Virus record (IMG/VR): IMGVR_UViG_3300032893_000012
Span: 1 to 64,000 of that record
Direction: 5' to 3' (one strand)
DNA length: 64,000 nt
Source: a virus
How positions within the stretch are numbered: the first letter of the stretch is position 1; each line of letters starts with the position of its first letter. A program made the translations under genes and the position numbers. The notes beneath the pieces were generated by a model. It was not told the DNA's origin, made no database searches, and was given only the letters and a program-made list of their open reading frames with translations. Shown here piece by piece: positions 9,530 through 17,902 of the stretch.

Positions 9530-9931
9530 TTACGGTTTTTCCAGGATGAGAGTGAGACTGACGTGCTGCTCGAAGCGCCCGTTCGCGATGCGAATCAGAT
9601 ATGGCGTATGGGCGCGCAGCATCGGGCGAACGGACTCGAGTCCAGAAAGAATCGACGCGCCCTCGGAAGCGTCTAGCTCGTGTCCTACCACGACCGAATC
9701 TAGCGGCACCGTAAACACGAGCTGGCATTTTCGCCAGGCGCCAACCGGTTCCGAAGTGGTCATCGTGATCTGGTTCGGTTGGTTCTCCAGCGAATCATTG
9801 CGCGCCCTCGCAACCACGTTTCCGTATCCATGCGCCCGCAGCGCCTCGACGACGTCGTGTCCCGTTAGGTCATCCATCTTGAGCGCCATGGTGGCGAGCG
9901 TGACGAGCATGTCGTGTTCGGTGAGTTTCAC
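9530..9931 (-). CDS. hypothetical protein
   Basis: GTGA overlap with the upstream gene. Confidence 0.55.
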   Translation of the reverse strand: MKLTEHDMLVTLATMALKMDDLTGHDVVEALRAHGYGNVVARARNDSLENQPNQITMTTSEPVGAWRKCQLVFTVPLDSVVVGHELDASEGASILSGLESVRPMLRAHTPYLIRIANGRFEQHVSLTLILEKP

Positions 9932-10248
9932 GCTTTTCCACGTCCCTTCTCCCCCATGATCTCGTCATAGAAGCCATCTCCAAAAAATTGAGTCGCAAGC
10001 AGACGCAACTCCTCTTTCTGAGCAAGAGTCGGTTGCTCGTCGTCGTACGCGCCGTCGATCGTCTTCTGCGCCAAGTCTTCGAAGCCGGCCGCGCGTAGCT
10101 CGGTCACGAGTTGGACCTTCGGCGTCGCGAGCGGGCTATCGAAGTCGTGATAGTAGCCGCGCTCGGCGCGCCTCAGGATGGTTGTGCGGGCGAGCGAATA
10201 CGGCTTTCTCCAAAGATCTTCGAGTAGGTCTTTTTTGGTGGTGCCCAT
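9928..10248 (-). CDS. hypothetical protein
   Basis: operon packing; contains GYYHDFDSPLATPK. Confidence 0.6.
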   Translation of the reverse strand: MGTTKKDLLEDLWRKPYSLARTTILRRAERGYYHDFDSPLATPKVQLVTELRAAGFEDLAQKTIDGAYDDEQPTLAQKEELRLLATQFFGDGFYDEIMGEKGRGKA

Positions 10249-10602
10249 TACACCGCTCGCTCCTCTCTCAGTTCTTCGCTAGCCAGTTCGACGAGTTCCT
10301 CTGCTTCCCGTGAAGAACATCCGTCTCTTTCGAGTGTGTCGATCACGTCAATGAACTCTGCGCCGTCAAGCAGTTCTCGCTTGGCGACTTGAATCCAGTG
10401 GATTCTGCCGCTCATGATCGCACCTCGTCAAATATCGATCCATGCTCACGAGTTCCACACACGCAATCCGCAAGTCGTTCTTTGCACGTCGGACACCATC
10501 CGCGCCCCCGAACCTCCTTCGGTCTCTCACCGTGAAGTGGCTCGAATGGACAATGATTGAGTTGGTCTTCGCGACGATGGCTCTTGCCGCATTTGCAGGC
10601 GG

Positions 10603-10872
10603 TCATTTTCGCGCCCCGTACGGCGCCCACGCGAGTATCAGACGACAATTTTTACTGTGTGGTCCCTCGCGGCCGCCGCCGCAGTCGCAAAGAGTCGTTT
10701 CTGGAGCAGGTTTCTTTGATTTAAAGGTCACCTCTGCCCAGACCGCTAGCGAGCCAATGAGGCCCGATAGTGCCATTCCTGCAATAGCACTATGTAGCAC
10801 CCAACCGAGATTGAACGCAGAAAGATGGATCGCGGTGATTCGGAGCCACCAGTAGAACGTGTCGCGAGTCAT
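10603..10872 (-). CDS. hypothetical membrane protein
   Basis: hydrophobic segments; TGATG overlap. Confidence 0.5.
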   Translation of the reverse strand: MTRDTFYWWLRITAIHLSAFNLGWVLHSAIAGMALSGLIGSLAVWAEVTFKSKKPAPETTLCDCGGGREGPHSKNCRLILAWAPYGARK

Positions 10873-11327
10873 CAGACATCGTCTTCCTGCGCCGCGAACT
10901 TCTCCTCCGGCGCATCCAGCCTCTTCGCCATATCCTCCGGAGTCTCCGGGTGCATGTGCCAGCGCTTGCAGAGGCGTAGGTAGTACTGGTTCCAGATACT
11001 GCGCCGGTTGAAGTCTGGATGATGGAACGCGAGAACCTCGATCGCGTGGATGAGGTGCGAGACGTAGTGCGCCGGAAGTTCGTCCTGTGCATCGCAGACC
11101 GCGGGGAGCATATCGACGAGCTCTTCGTGGAAAAGCGGTTTGATGTACGTCGCCGCTTTCCTCGGGTCGCCACAGTGAGCGTTGAGGCAGTCAGCGCGGA
11201 GCCCGCGCACGAGTAGCTTCGTGATGTGGTTCTTCGGCACCGTGTCGCAGCCGCGGATACCGGAGAGCAGCGTACCCTGCTGGCGGAGGCCGATGTTCAT
11301 GACCCAGTCTTGGAGGATGCTCTTCAC
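10872..11327 (-). CDS. hypothetical phage protein
   Basis: 151-aa ORF, GTGA overlap with the regulator gene. Confidence 0.7.
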   Translation of the reverse strand: MKSILQDWVMNIGLRQQGTLLSGIRGCDTVPKNHITKLLVRGLRADCLNAHCGDPRKAATYIKPLFHEELVDMLPAVCDAQDELPAHYVSHLIHAIEVLAFHHPDFNRRSIWNQYYLRLCKRWHMHPETPEDMAKRLDAPEEKFAAQEDDV

Positions 11328-11500
11328 TTTTTTCTCCCGTTCGCCTCGAGCCCCTTCTCGATGAGCATCCTCACGGTTTCGTTGATACTCGGTTTGATTC
11401 CGGTAGTTTTCGTGATTCTCTGCTGCTCGGCGATGATTTTCGCGTGAAGCTGTTTGCTGACGCGAGCGCCGAGCACGATTTCGTAGCGTTCCTGCTGCAT
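11324..11500 (-). CDS. ribbon-helix-helix (Arc/CopG-like) regulator
   Basis: 58 aa, EIVLGARVSKQLHAKI...SINETVRMLIEKGL; first gene of the leftward block. Confidence 0.65.
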   Translation of the reverse strand: MQQERYEIVLGARVSKQLHAKIIAEQQRITKTTGIKPSINETVRMLIEKGLEANGRKK

Positions 11501-11507
11501 GCTACCT

Positions 11508-11552
11508 ATCGTAGCGAAAGTTGTTGACTGGCGCAAGCGCGTGGCGTAGGGT
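11508..11552. promoter_or_regulatory. overlapping divergent sigma70-like promoters
   Basis: plus: TTGACT(11524-29)-N17-TAGGGT(11547-52); minus: TTGCGC(11536-31)-N17-TACGAT(11513-08), 7 nt before the regulator ATG. Confidence 0.6.
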
Positions 11553-11589
11553 CTCGCCGAGAGAGAGTCGGTAGAGAGAGAAAGGTCTG

Positions 11590-12294
11590 GTGACGATGGC
11601 GGACGATAAGCGTTCCCTGCGGTTCTGTGCGCTCTTGGATACGGAGACCACGGGGATGAACCCCGCGTCCGACAGGACGATCGAAGTCGCGGTGATGCTC
11701 TTCGACCTGAAGCACGCGCAGCCGGTCATCAGTTTCGCGAGTCTGATCAAGGGGGAAGCCGACAACGCCGCGTTTCCCGTCAACGGCATTCCGGCGGCGA
11801 TGCTCCCGGAGGCGCGCGAGTCGGAGCGCGTTTGGGCGGCGGTGAGATGGGTCATCGAACCAGCCGCCGTGATCGTGGCTCACAATAGTGATTTTGATCG
11901 GCAGTTTACGCCCGATCTCGGCAAGCCATGGGTGGACAGCGAAAGCGACATCATATGGCCCGGTAGCCAGAAAGGCGGCCGCGGGGGCTCGCTGTCTCAC
12001 CTGGCGCTCTCCATGGGGGTCGGCGTTGCGAGCGCGCACAGAGCGATGTGCGACGTGGATACCCTCTCACGCATCCTGACTCGGCTCGCCGAAAAGGGTC
12101 ACGACCTCGAAGCGATGCTCATGCACGCGATGCGACCGAAGGCGATGTTCCACTCGCTCGCGCCGTTTGAGCAGAAGGATATCGTGAAGGAGGCAGGCTT
12201 CCGATGGGACCCAGACCGGAAGGTGTGGTGGCGTCGGATGGCGATCGACGATGCTAAGGAGCTGCCGTTCAAGGTGAGGCAGGTGGGGGCGTGA
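11590..12294 (+). CDS. DnaQ-like DEDDh 3'-5' exonuclease
   Basis: LDTETTG, VAHNSDFD, AHRAMCDV; C-terminal FEQKDIVKEAGFRWD tail. Confidence 0.9.
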   Translation: MTMADDKRSLRFCALLDTETTGMNPASDRTIEVAVMLFDLKHAQPVISFASLIKGEADNAAFPVNGIPAAMLPEARESERVWAAVRWVIEPAAVIVAHNSDFDRQFTPDLGKPWVDSESDIIWPGSQKGGRGGSLSHLALSMGVGVASAHRAMCDVDTLSRILTRLAEKGHDLEAMLMHAMRPKAMFHSLAPFEQKDIVKEAGFRWDPDRKVWWRRMAIDDAKELPFKVRQVGA

Positions 12295-12500
12295 GCAATA
12301 AATTCATCCGTGCCGCATCGAACGAGGACAGCGAAGCCTGGCGAACACTCGGCAAAATTCGCAGAGAACCAGGAGCCGGTAACCCGAAGTGCATGGCGTG
12401 CAGCATCGAAGCGGAGATCGGAACCGAGGAGAATCCGCATCCGGTTCCGGAACGCTTCCACACGTGTCCGCCGGTTGGCGCGAAGGGGAGGAGACCATGA
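12291..12500 (+). CDS. hypothetical protein
   Basis: 4-nt overlaps at both ends. Confidence 0.5.
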   Translation: MSNKFIRAASNEDSEAWRTLGKIRREPGAGNPKCMACSIEAEIGTEENPHPVPERFHTCPPVGAKGRRP

Positions 12501-13561
12501 AGTGCTACCTGTTGGAGACGAAGACCGCCGGCGAGGACATCTCCTTCGGCTCGACTTTCTGGAAGCGCACCACCCTCGACCCGCAGCTCTCGCTCTATCT
12601 TCCAGCGATCCGAAAGCTCGGTCACGATCCGCGCGGTTGTATTTATGAAGTGCTGAGGAAGCCTGACCAACGCCCCGGCACCGTCCCTCTCCTCGATGAG
12701 AACGGTTTGAAGATCGTGCTCGATGCCGACGGACAACGCGTGCGCACAAAGGATGGTAAGAAGTGGCGTCAGACCGGCGATACCGAGCTCAAGTACGCGC
12801 TTCAGACTCGTCCGGAGACGCCGGAGGAGTACGGACAACGGTGTCTCGATGCTATCGCGGAGGCGCCTGACAAGTACTACGCCCGCGGTGTCGTAGTCAG
12901 GCTCGAGGCCGACGAGCGCGAGGCGGCGCAGGACATGTGGAACACGGCGTCGTTGATGCGCGATGCGCGGCGGCTCAACATGTATCCGAGAAACGCCGAC
13001 GCCTGCATCTCGTGGGGCCGCGAGTGTGACTATCTCAACGTGTGCGCTGGCGTGATGGATCTCAACGATCCATTGTTCTTCCGCTTCGAAGAAGACATCC
13101 ACGAAGAACTCGCCGAAGAAGGCGTCGCGACGACCCTGACCGATGACGCGAGTCTCCTCACACAGAGCGCGATGCGCGCTTACCGCTCGTGTCCGCGAAA
13201 GTTTCAGCTCCGCTACGTACTCCGGATGCGTCCGCTCAAGAAGTCGGAGGCGCAGTCGACCGGTCATAGCGTCCACGCTGCCCTCGATGTCTATCGCCGG
13301 ACCGGCGGCGATCTACCGGCGGCGCTTGCGGCGCTAGAGACCGAGGATCCCTACGTGCGCGCCAAGGAGGAAGCAATGCTCATCGGTTACGCTACACGAT
13401 GGGGGAAGCCGACTGGAGTCATCGCCATCGAGAAGACCTTCCGAATAAATTTGGTGAATCCAGAAACTGGAGCAGCTAGTCGCACATTTTCTCTTGGCGG
13501 CAGAGTCGATGCAATCGTTCAGGCCGAATCGGTAACTGAACTGATAAATCCGGTGGGTTGA
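12497..13561 (+). CDS. PD-(D/E)xK (Cas4/AddB-like) nuclease, apparently circularly permuted
   Basis: GGAGGAG RBS before ATG 12497; ETKT, QLSLY and C-x6-C-x5-C come before SCPRKF, GHSVH, IEKTF and GRVD. Confidence 0.8.
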   Translation: MKCYLLETKTAGEDISFGSTFWKRTTLDPQLSLYLPAIRKLGHDPRGCIYEVLRKPDQRPGTVPLLDENGLKIVLDADGQRVRTKDGKKWRQTGDTELKYALQTRPETPEEYGQRCLDAIAEAPDKYYARGVVVRLEADEREAAQDMWNTASLMRDARRLNMYPRNADACISWGRECDYLNVCAGVMDLNDPLFFRFEEDIHEELAEEGVATTLTDDASLLTQSAMRAYRSCPRKFQLRYVLRMRPLKKSEAQSTGHSVHAALDVYRRTGGDLPAALAALETEDPYVRAKEEAMLIGYATRWGKPTGVIAIEKTFRINLVNPETGAASRTFSLGGRVDAIVQAESVTELINPVG

Positions 13562-13562
13562 T

Positions 13563-14201
13563 ATGAGCAGAAAGCCTATTCACGGAATGTCAGGTTCTCG
13601 TGAGTATCGCATTTGGATGGGAATGCGCAAAAGGTGTTCTCAGAGGTTGGGGTCGGATAGTTATTTGAACCGTGGGATAAAGGTTCATTCACGATGGGAA
13701 TCATTTGGAAATTTTATTCATGACATGGGCTTGGCGCCAAGCGACAAGCACCAGCTAGATCGAATTGATAGCAATGGCGACTACGAGCCATCTAATTGTC
13801 GATGGGTTACTACGGTAGAGCAGCAAAGAAACAAGCGCAGTAACGTTAGACTGTATTTTAACGGTGAAACACTGACACTTACTGAGTGGGCGGAGCGATT
13901 GGGTATAACGCCGCAGGCGATTAGTCACCGTCTTCGTCATCTTGGTTGGTCTACAGAGCGCGCCTTAACGGAAACAAAGAAAAGCATTAATGGTGGTCCA
14001 CATCCGCGGGCTAATGCGGTGATGCTTGAAGTAGACGGGGTGAATCTAATCGTTTCCGAATGGGCTCGAAGGATCGGTGTACGCCCAGGTGTTCTATACC
14101 ATCGCATTCAAATGAACTGGCCCAAAGATCGCATCCTTGAAAAACCGATAAGAGGAAGAAAAGTAGTCCCTGAGGGAAAATTCTTAGGGGTCGCGTCGTA
14201 G
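13563..14201 (+). CDS. phage HNH-like homing endonuclease
   Basis: HGMSGSREYRIWMGMRKRC...RGIKV...LDRIDSNGDYEPSNCRWVT..EQQRN plus two HTH-like repeats; more AT-rich than its neighbours. Confidence 0.8.
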   Translation: MSRKPIHGMSGSREYRIWMGMRKRCSQRLGSDSYLNRGIKVHSRWESFGNFIHDMGLAPSDKHQLDRIDSNGDYEPSNCRWVTTVEQQRNKRSNVRLYFNGETLTLTEWAERLGITPQAISHRLRHLGWSTERALTETKKSINGGPHPRANAVMLEVDGVNLIVSEWARRIGVRPGVLYHRIQMNWPKDRILEKPIRGRKVVPEGKFLGVAS

Positions 14202-14233
14202 CATCGACGGACCCCAATCAGGAGTTAGAAAAA

Positions 14234-15088
14234 ATGCCGAAAGCCTCAAGAGATTCGCTGAACGCCAAAGGGAAGCGCGACGCCTACATGTTCGACCCGG
14301 ACGATCTGGTCCTGGTCACCGACGAGAAGTCCCCGATCTACGACGAGCGTGTTCACCTGCCCGTCGACGAGGCGCTCGTCCTCAACCTGCTACACGCCCC
14401 CGACGGGGTGCCGCAGGGCGTCATCGAGCCAATCACCGTCATCCGCAACCCGGAGACGGGGAAGGTGGAGGTACTCGTCGGGCGTCAGCGCGTGAAGGCC
14501 GCACGCGAAGCAAACAAGCGTTTGAAGAAGCAGGGCCTCGAACCGATCCGGGTGCCTGCGATGATCCAGCGTGCGAACAATTACCGCGCGATGGGGATCC
14601 TGATCAGCGAGAACGAGCTTCGTCAGGACGATACGCCGCTCGGGCGTGCCAAGAAGGCACAGCGGTACCTCGATCTCGGTCGCAGCGAAGACGAGGTGGC
14701 TGCTCTCTTCGGGATCAGTAAAGCGTCCGTGAAGAACATGCTGGCGCTCCTCGATGCGCCGGCGGCCGTACGCAACGCGGTCGAGGCGGGGAAGATCACG
14801 ACTTCGGAGGGGTACAAGCTCTCGAGGCTCGAACCGGCGGAGGCAAAGGAGAAGGTTTCCGAGCTCATAGAGCACGCTCCGCGTACGCCGGGCAAGAAGC
14901 GTCGTAGCAACTCGACGAAGGCTCGAGAGATCGTTGGCGGCAAGAGCAACGGGAAGATCTCGAAAAAAACCGAGGACGCGGTCGCGACTGACATCGCGGC
15001 GTGGATCGATGCCAATTGGGACGACTGTGCGGAGATTACCAGGAAGCTCCGCGGTGGGGAGTGGAGGAAGGTGAGAGGAGAGTCGTGA
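14234..15088 (+). CDS. ParB/Srx-like N-terminal domain plus HTH protein
   Basis: GVIEPITV...VLVGRQRVKAA, ISENELRQD, EVAALFGISKASVKNML. Confidence 0.85.
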   Translation: MPKASRDSLNAKGKRDAYMFDPDDLVLVTDEKSPIYDERVHLPVDEALVLNLLHAPDGVPQGVIEPITVIRNPETGKVEVLVGRQRVKAAREANKRLKKQGLEPIRVPAMIQRANNYRAMGILISENELRQDDTPLGRAKKAQRYLDLGRSEDEVAALFGISKASVKNMLALLDAPAAVRNAVEAGKITTSEGYKLSRLEPAEAKEKVSELIEHAPRTPGKKRRSNSTKAREIVGGKSNGKISKKTEDAVATDIAAWIDANWDDCAEITRKLRGGEWRKVRGES

Positions 15089-15393
15089 AAGAAAACTTAG
15101 TGCGCGACTGTGTTTTTATGGCCGAGGCTCTTTCCCCAGAGAACGGATCGCAAGGTTTAACTGTTTACATCATTCGCGCAGGAACTGAATTTTCTCATCC
15201 TCACGCAGACCTGATATCTGATCGTGATAGGTACATTGTCACAACTACGGATGCCGACGGTGAGGAGACTTTCGGCTCCGTAGTTAATGAGAGTCTGAAT
15301 GAAGCGTTGAACAAATTGCATGAGAACATGAGGAAAGACTGTCTGGATACAGCTGAGGATTTGCTCCGAATATCTGGAACCAAGAGTACCTGA
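15085..15393 (+). CDS. hypothetical protein
   Basis: GTG start with GAGGAG RBS overlapping the ParB stop. Confidence 0.5.
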   Translation: MKENLVRDCVFMAEALSPENGSQGLTVYIIRAGTEFSHPHADLISDRDRYIVTTTDADGEETFGSVVNESLNEALNKLHENMRKDCLDTAEDLLRISGTKST

Positions 15394-15559
15394 TGGCGTG
15401 GAGATACACTCAGGCAGGCAAAGAGATGAACCGTCCCGACAATGAGCATGGTTTCTCCGTAGAGGAACCGCTCACTGTCGAAGACTGGAAGAACATCCTG
15501 GAAGACATCGTCGCTGAGATTTGCGAGCAGGCGAAGAAAGAAGCCAAGGAGACAGGCAG

Positions 15560-15808
15560 ATGAGCGAACAATATGTGTTGATCATAACGTCCGAGGATGG
15601 GGATGTCTCTGTCGAGGTACTCGATCGTGAGGCCCTGCTGGGTCGACTGAACTCCGGGTACTACGGCGAGGGGGCTTACCAGCCGAAATTTCACAAGGGG
15701 GCACCGCCGAGGGACCCGATGACGTGGGGTAACACGAGGGCGCTCCTGGTGCGCGGAACCATCGTCGTGCCTGGCGCTGAGAGGGTCGTCGAGAAGTTCA
15801 CCCTCTAA
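15560..15808 (+). CDS. hypothetical protein
   Basis: ATG 15560 with upstream AAGGAG. Confidence 0.55.
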   Translation: MSEQYVLIITSEDGDVSVEVLDREALLGRLNSGYYGEGAYQPKFHKGAPPRDPMTWGNTRALLVRGTIVVPGAERVVEKFTL

Positions 15809-16083
15809 GGTGAGAGAGAAGAAGGATGCCTAGAGCTCGTCGCCGCCGCTTGAAGCGGCAAAGGAAGAAGTGGGGGGGTGCGACCAAAGCTTCCGACAGC
15901 TATGCATACGCTCCCATCCAGACACGGAGGGACGGGTGCCGGTGGCTCATCTCCTGTTGCTCAGGAGACGTCGCGTAGCGTATCCACCCTCTCTAGCACC
16001 GACATCCTAGCTCTCGCTGCGTCTGCGAAGGATCCGAGTGAGAGGAGGCGATACCGAAGGATGCTAAAGGAGTCTGCAAAGAC

Positions 16084-16335
16084 GTGACGGCGCGTCTGGA
16101 TCTTGTGGGTAACCGCTTCGGTCGTCTCGTCGTTGTGGCACGGGCGTTGGCACGCAATACAGGCAGACATAAGTGCGTATGTGATTGTGGTTCGATTACG
16201 ATAGTATGGCCTGACCAGCGGAAGCACTATTTCCTGCGGATGTCGCCGAAGGGAACATTGGAATTCATTCAGTCGAAGGCATGGAAAAACAAATACACCC
16301 ACACATCGCTCGTGGATGTCGATGATCACACGTGG
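16084..16335 (+). pseudogene. frameshifted, truncated HNH-like endonuclease remnant
   Basis: GNRFGRLVV...CVCDCG, then in another frame after about 16205 LTSGSTISCGC...HGKTNTPTHRSWMSMITR, matching the N-terminal motif of 13563-14201; catalytic part absent. Confidence 0.7.
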
Positions 16336-16387
16336 AACGCGCGCTCACTCAGCCGGTAGATCACAGAAAAGGAAAGAAGGCAGCCGT

Positions 16388-17308
16388 ATGATCGATTTGA
16401 AGAGAATCTCTGAAGGAAAGCAACAGCGAGAGCCTAGAGTGCTTTTGTACTCGGCCGATGGTCTGGGTAAGACGAGGTTCGCGGCCGGGGCTCCCGATCC
16501 GTTCTTCATCGACGTGAACCGAGGGAGCTTCCAGTACGACGTCAAGCGGGTCGTGCCGGAGACATGGAGCGAAACGCTCGAGTGGATCGGTGCCGTGGAA
16601 AGCGGCGCGGTGAAGTGCAAAACGCTCGTGATCGACTCGGTAAGCGATCTCGAGCATATGGGTAACTCGGAATTCTTTCCGAACACGACGATCGACAAGT
16701 ACGACGGTGGCTACGGCAAAGGTGACACGTATTCGCTCACGCGCTGGCGAGAGCTTCTGAGCGCACTCGAGCGAGTATGGGCGTCCGGTAAAGGGGTCGT
16801 TCTGATCGGTCATGCAACGGTGAAAAGGTTCGACGATCCAATGGGGGCCGGATATGATCGCCATGAGCTCTCGTTGAGACAAAAGCTCGCCGGGCAACTT
16901 AGACAGTGGGTCGACTTCGTGTTCTTCGCCACCCTCGACGTTGCTCAGCAGAAAGTTGGCGGAGAAACGAAGGCCGTTACTACCGGCACCCGCTGGATTC
17001 ACACGCAACGCTCTCCGGCCTTCGATGCCAAATCTCGCGGCACGACGATGTTTCCAGAGAGGATTCCGCTCTCGTGGGATGACTTCGCCCGCGCCCGCAC
17101 CGCCGACTCGGAGCGCGCCGAAGCGCTCCGCAAAGAGATCGAGGCGATGCTCGTCGAGATCGCTGACAAGAACCTCGACGCGATGGTCAAGGAGTACCTG
17201 CGCGCCAATCCGGGCATGGTCGTCGAGGCCAGGAATCGAGTAGCCGCACGCCTGGAAGAGGCGCGCGCCAGTAAGACAACGACTGCGAAGCAAGGAGAAG
17301 AGAAATGA
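16388..17308 (+). CDS. Sak4-like / AAA_24 ATPase (ssDNA annealing)
   Basis: VLLYSADGLGKT, FIDVNRGS, TLVIDS, GGYGKG, LIGH, AFDAKSR. Confidence 0.85.
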   Translation: MIDLKRISEGKQQREPRVLLYSADGLGKTRFAAGAPDPFFIDVNRGSFQYDVKRVVPETWSETLEWIGAVESGAVKCKTLVIDSVSDLEHMGNSEFFPNTTIDKYDGGYGKGDTYSLTRWRELLSALERVWASGKGVVLIGHATVKRFDDPMGAGYDRHELSLRQKLAGQLRQWVDFVFFATLDVAQQKVGGETKAVTTGTRWIHTQRSPAFDAKSRGTTMFPERIPLSWDDFARARTADSERAEALRKEIEAMLVEIADKNLDAMVKEYLRANPGMVVEARNRVAARLEEARASKTTTAKQGEEK

Positions 17309-17784
17309 TCACTGCTAGGGATTACGAAGGTCAGGCAATCAAGGGCAAGGTTCAGCTCGGGGAGACCACGAACGGTGGTCTTCAGATCGCGATCGACATG
17401 AACCTGTTCGACAAGGACCAGTTGGTCGGACAGATGACAACGCTTCTGTATTTCACGGAAGCGGCGGCCGTGTATTCGTACGAACGTCTGCGCTTGCTCG
17501 GTTGGAAAGGGCAAGGTCCGGACGATATCGACAAGATGGACGACATCTTCGAGAAGCGGGTTCCGGTTCGAGTGACCGCTCCGGAACCGTTCACGGACAA
17601 GGACGGAACCAAGAAGATGGGCTCACCGAAGCTCGAAATCATTACCGGTGCCGGCACTCTAGTGCTCGCCAAGCCTCTCGACGCTGGTACGTTCAAGGCT
17701 CGGCTTCGAGCACTGGGCGGCGGCGGGAGCGCCGGATCGGCGCCGCCGGCGGGTGGAAACGGAGGGACGGCGCCTCCGTTTTGA
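17305..17784 (+). CDS. putative ssDNA-binding protein
   Basis: follows the Sak4-like gene; Gly-rich linker ending in APPF (SSB-like tail). Confidence 0.65.
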   Translation: MITARDYEGQAIKGKVQLGETTNGGLQIAIDMNLFDKDQLVGQMTTLLYFTEAAAVYSYERLRLLGWKGQGPDDIDKMDDIFEKRVPVRVTAPEPFTDKDGTKKMGSPKLEIITGAGTLVLAKPLDAGTFKARLRALGGGGSAGSAPPAGGNGGTAPPF

Positions 17785-17807
17785 TTTTTTTGAGGTGACC
17801 TAGAGAA

Positions 17808-17831
17808 TCCGGGGGAGACTTCTCCCCCGGA
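17808..17831. terminator. strong hairpin
   Basis: TCCGGGGGAGA-CT-TCTCCCCCGGA; no 3' U-tract on plus, so function uncertain. Confidence 0.45.
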
Positions 17832-17902
17832 AGGTGTACAAGAAGGTGTACGGAAGTTGTACGGGACGGAAATTCCGTCCGGATGGGAAAAGGAGATCCC
17901 GA

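Noticed and set aside
12497-13561. Calling the nuclease a CRISPR cas4
   Set aside because: It lies 8 kb from the array in a Sak4/SSB recombination context with no cas1; solo Cas4-like nucleases are common in phages.
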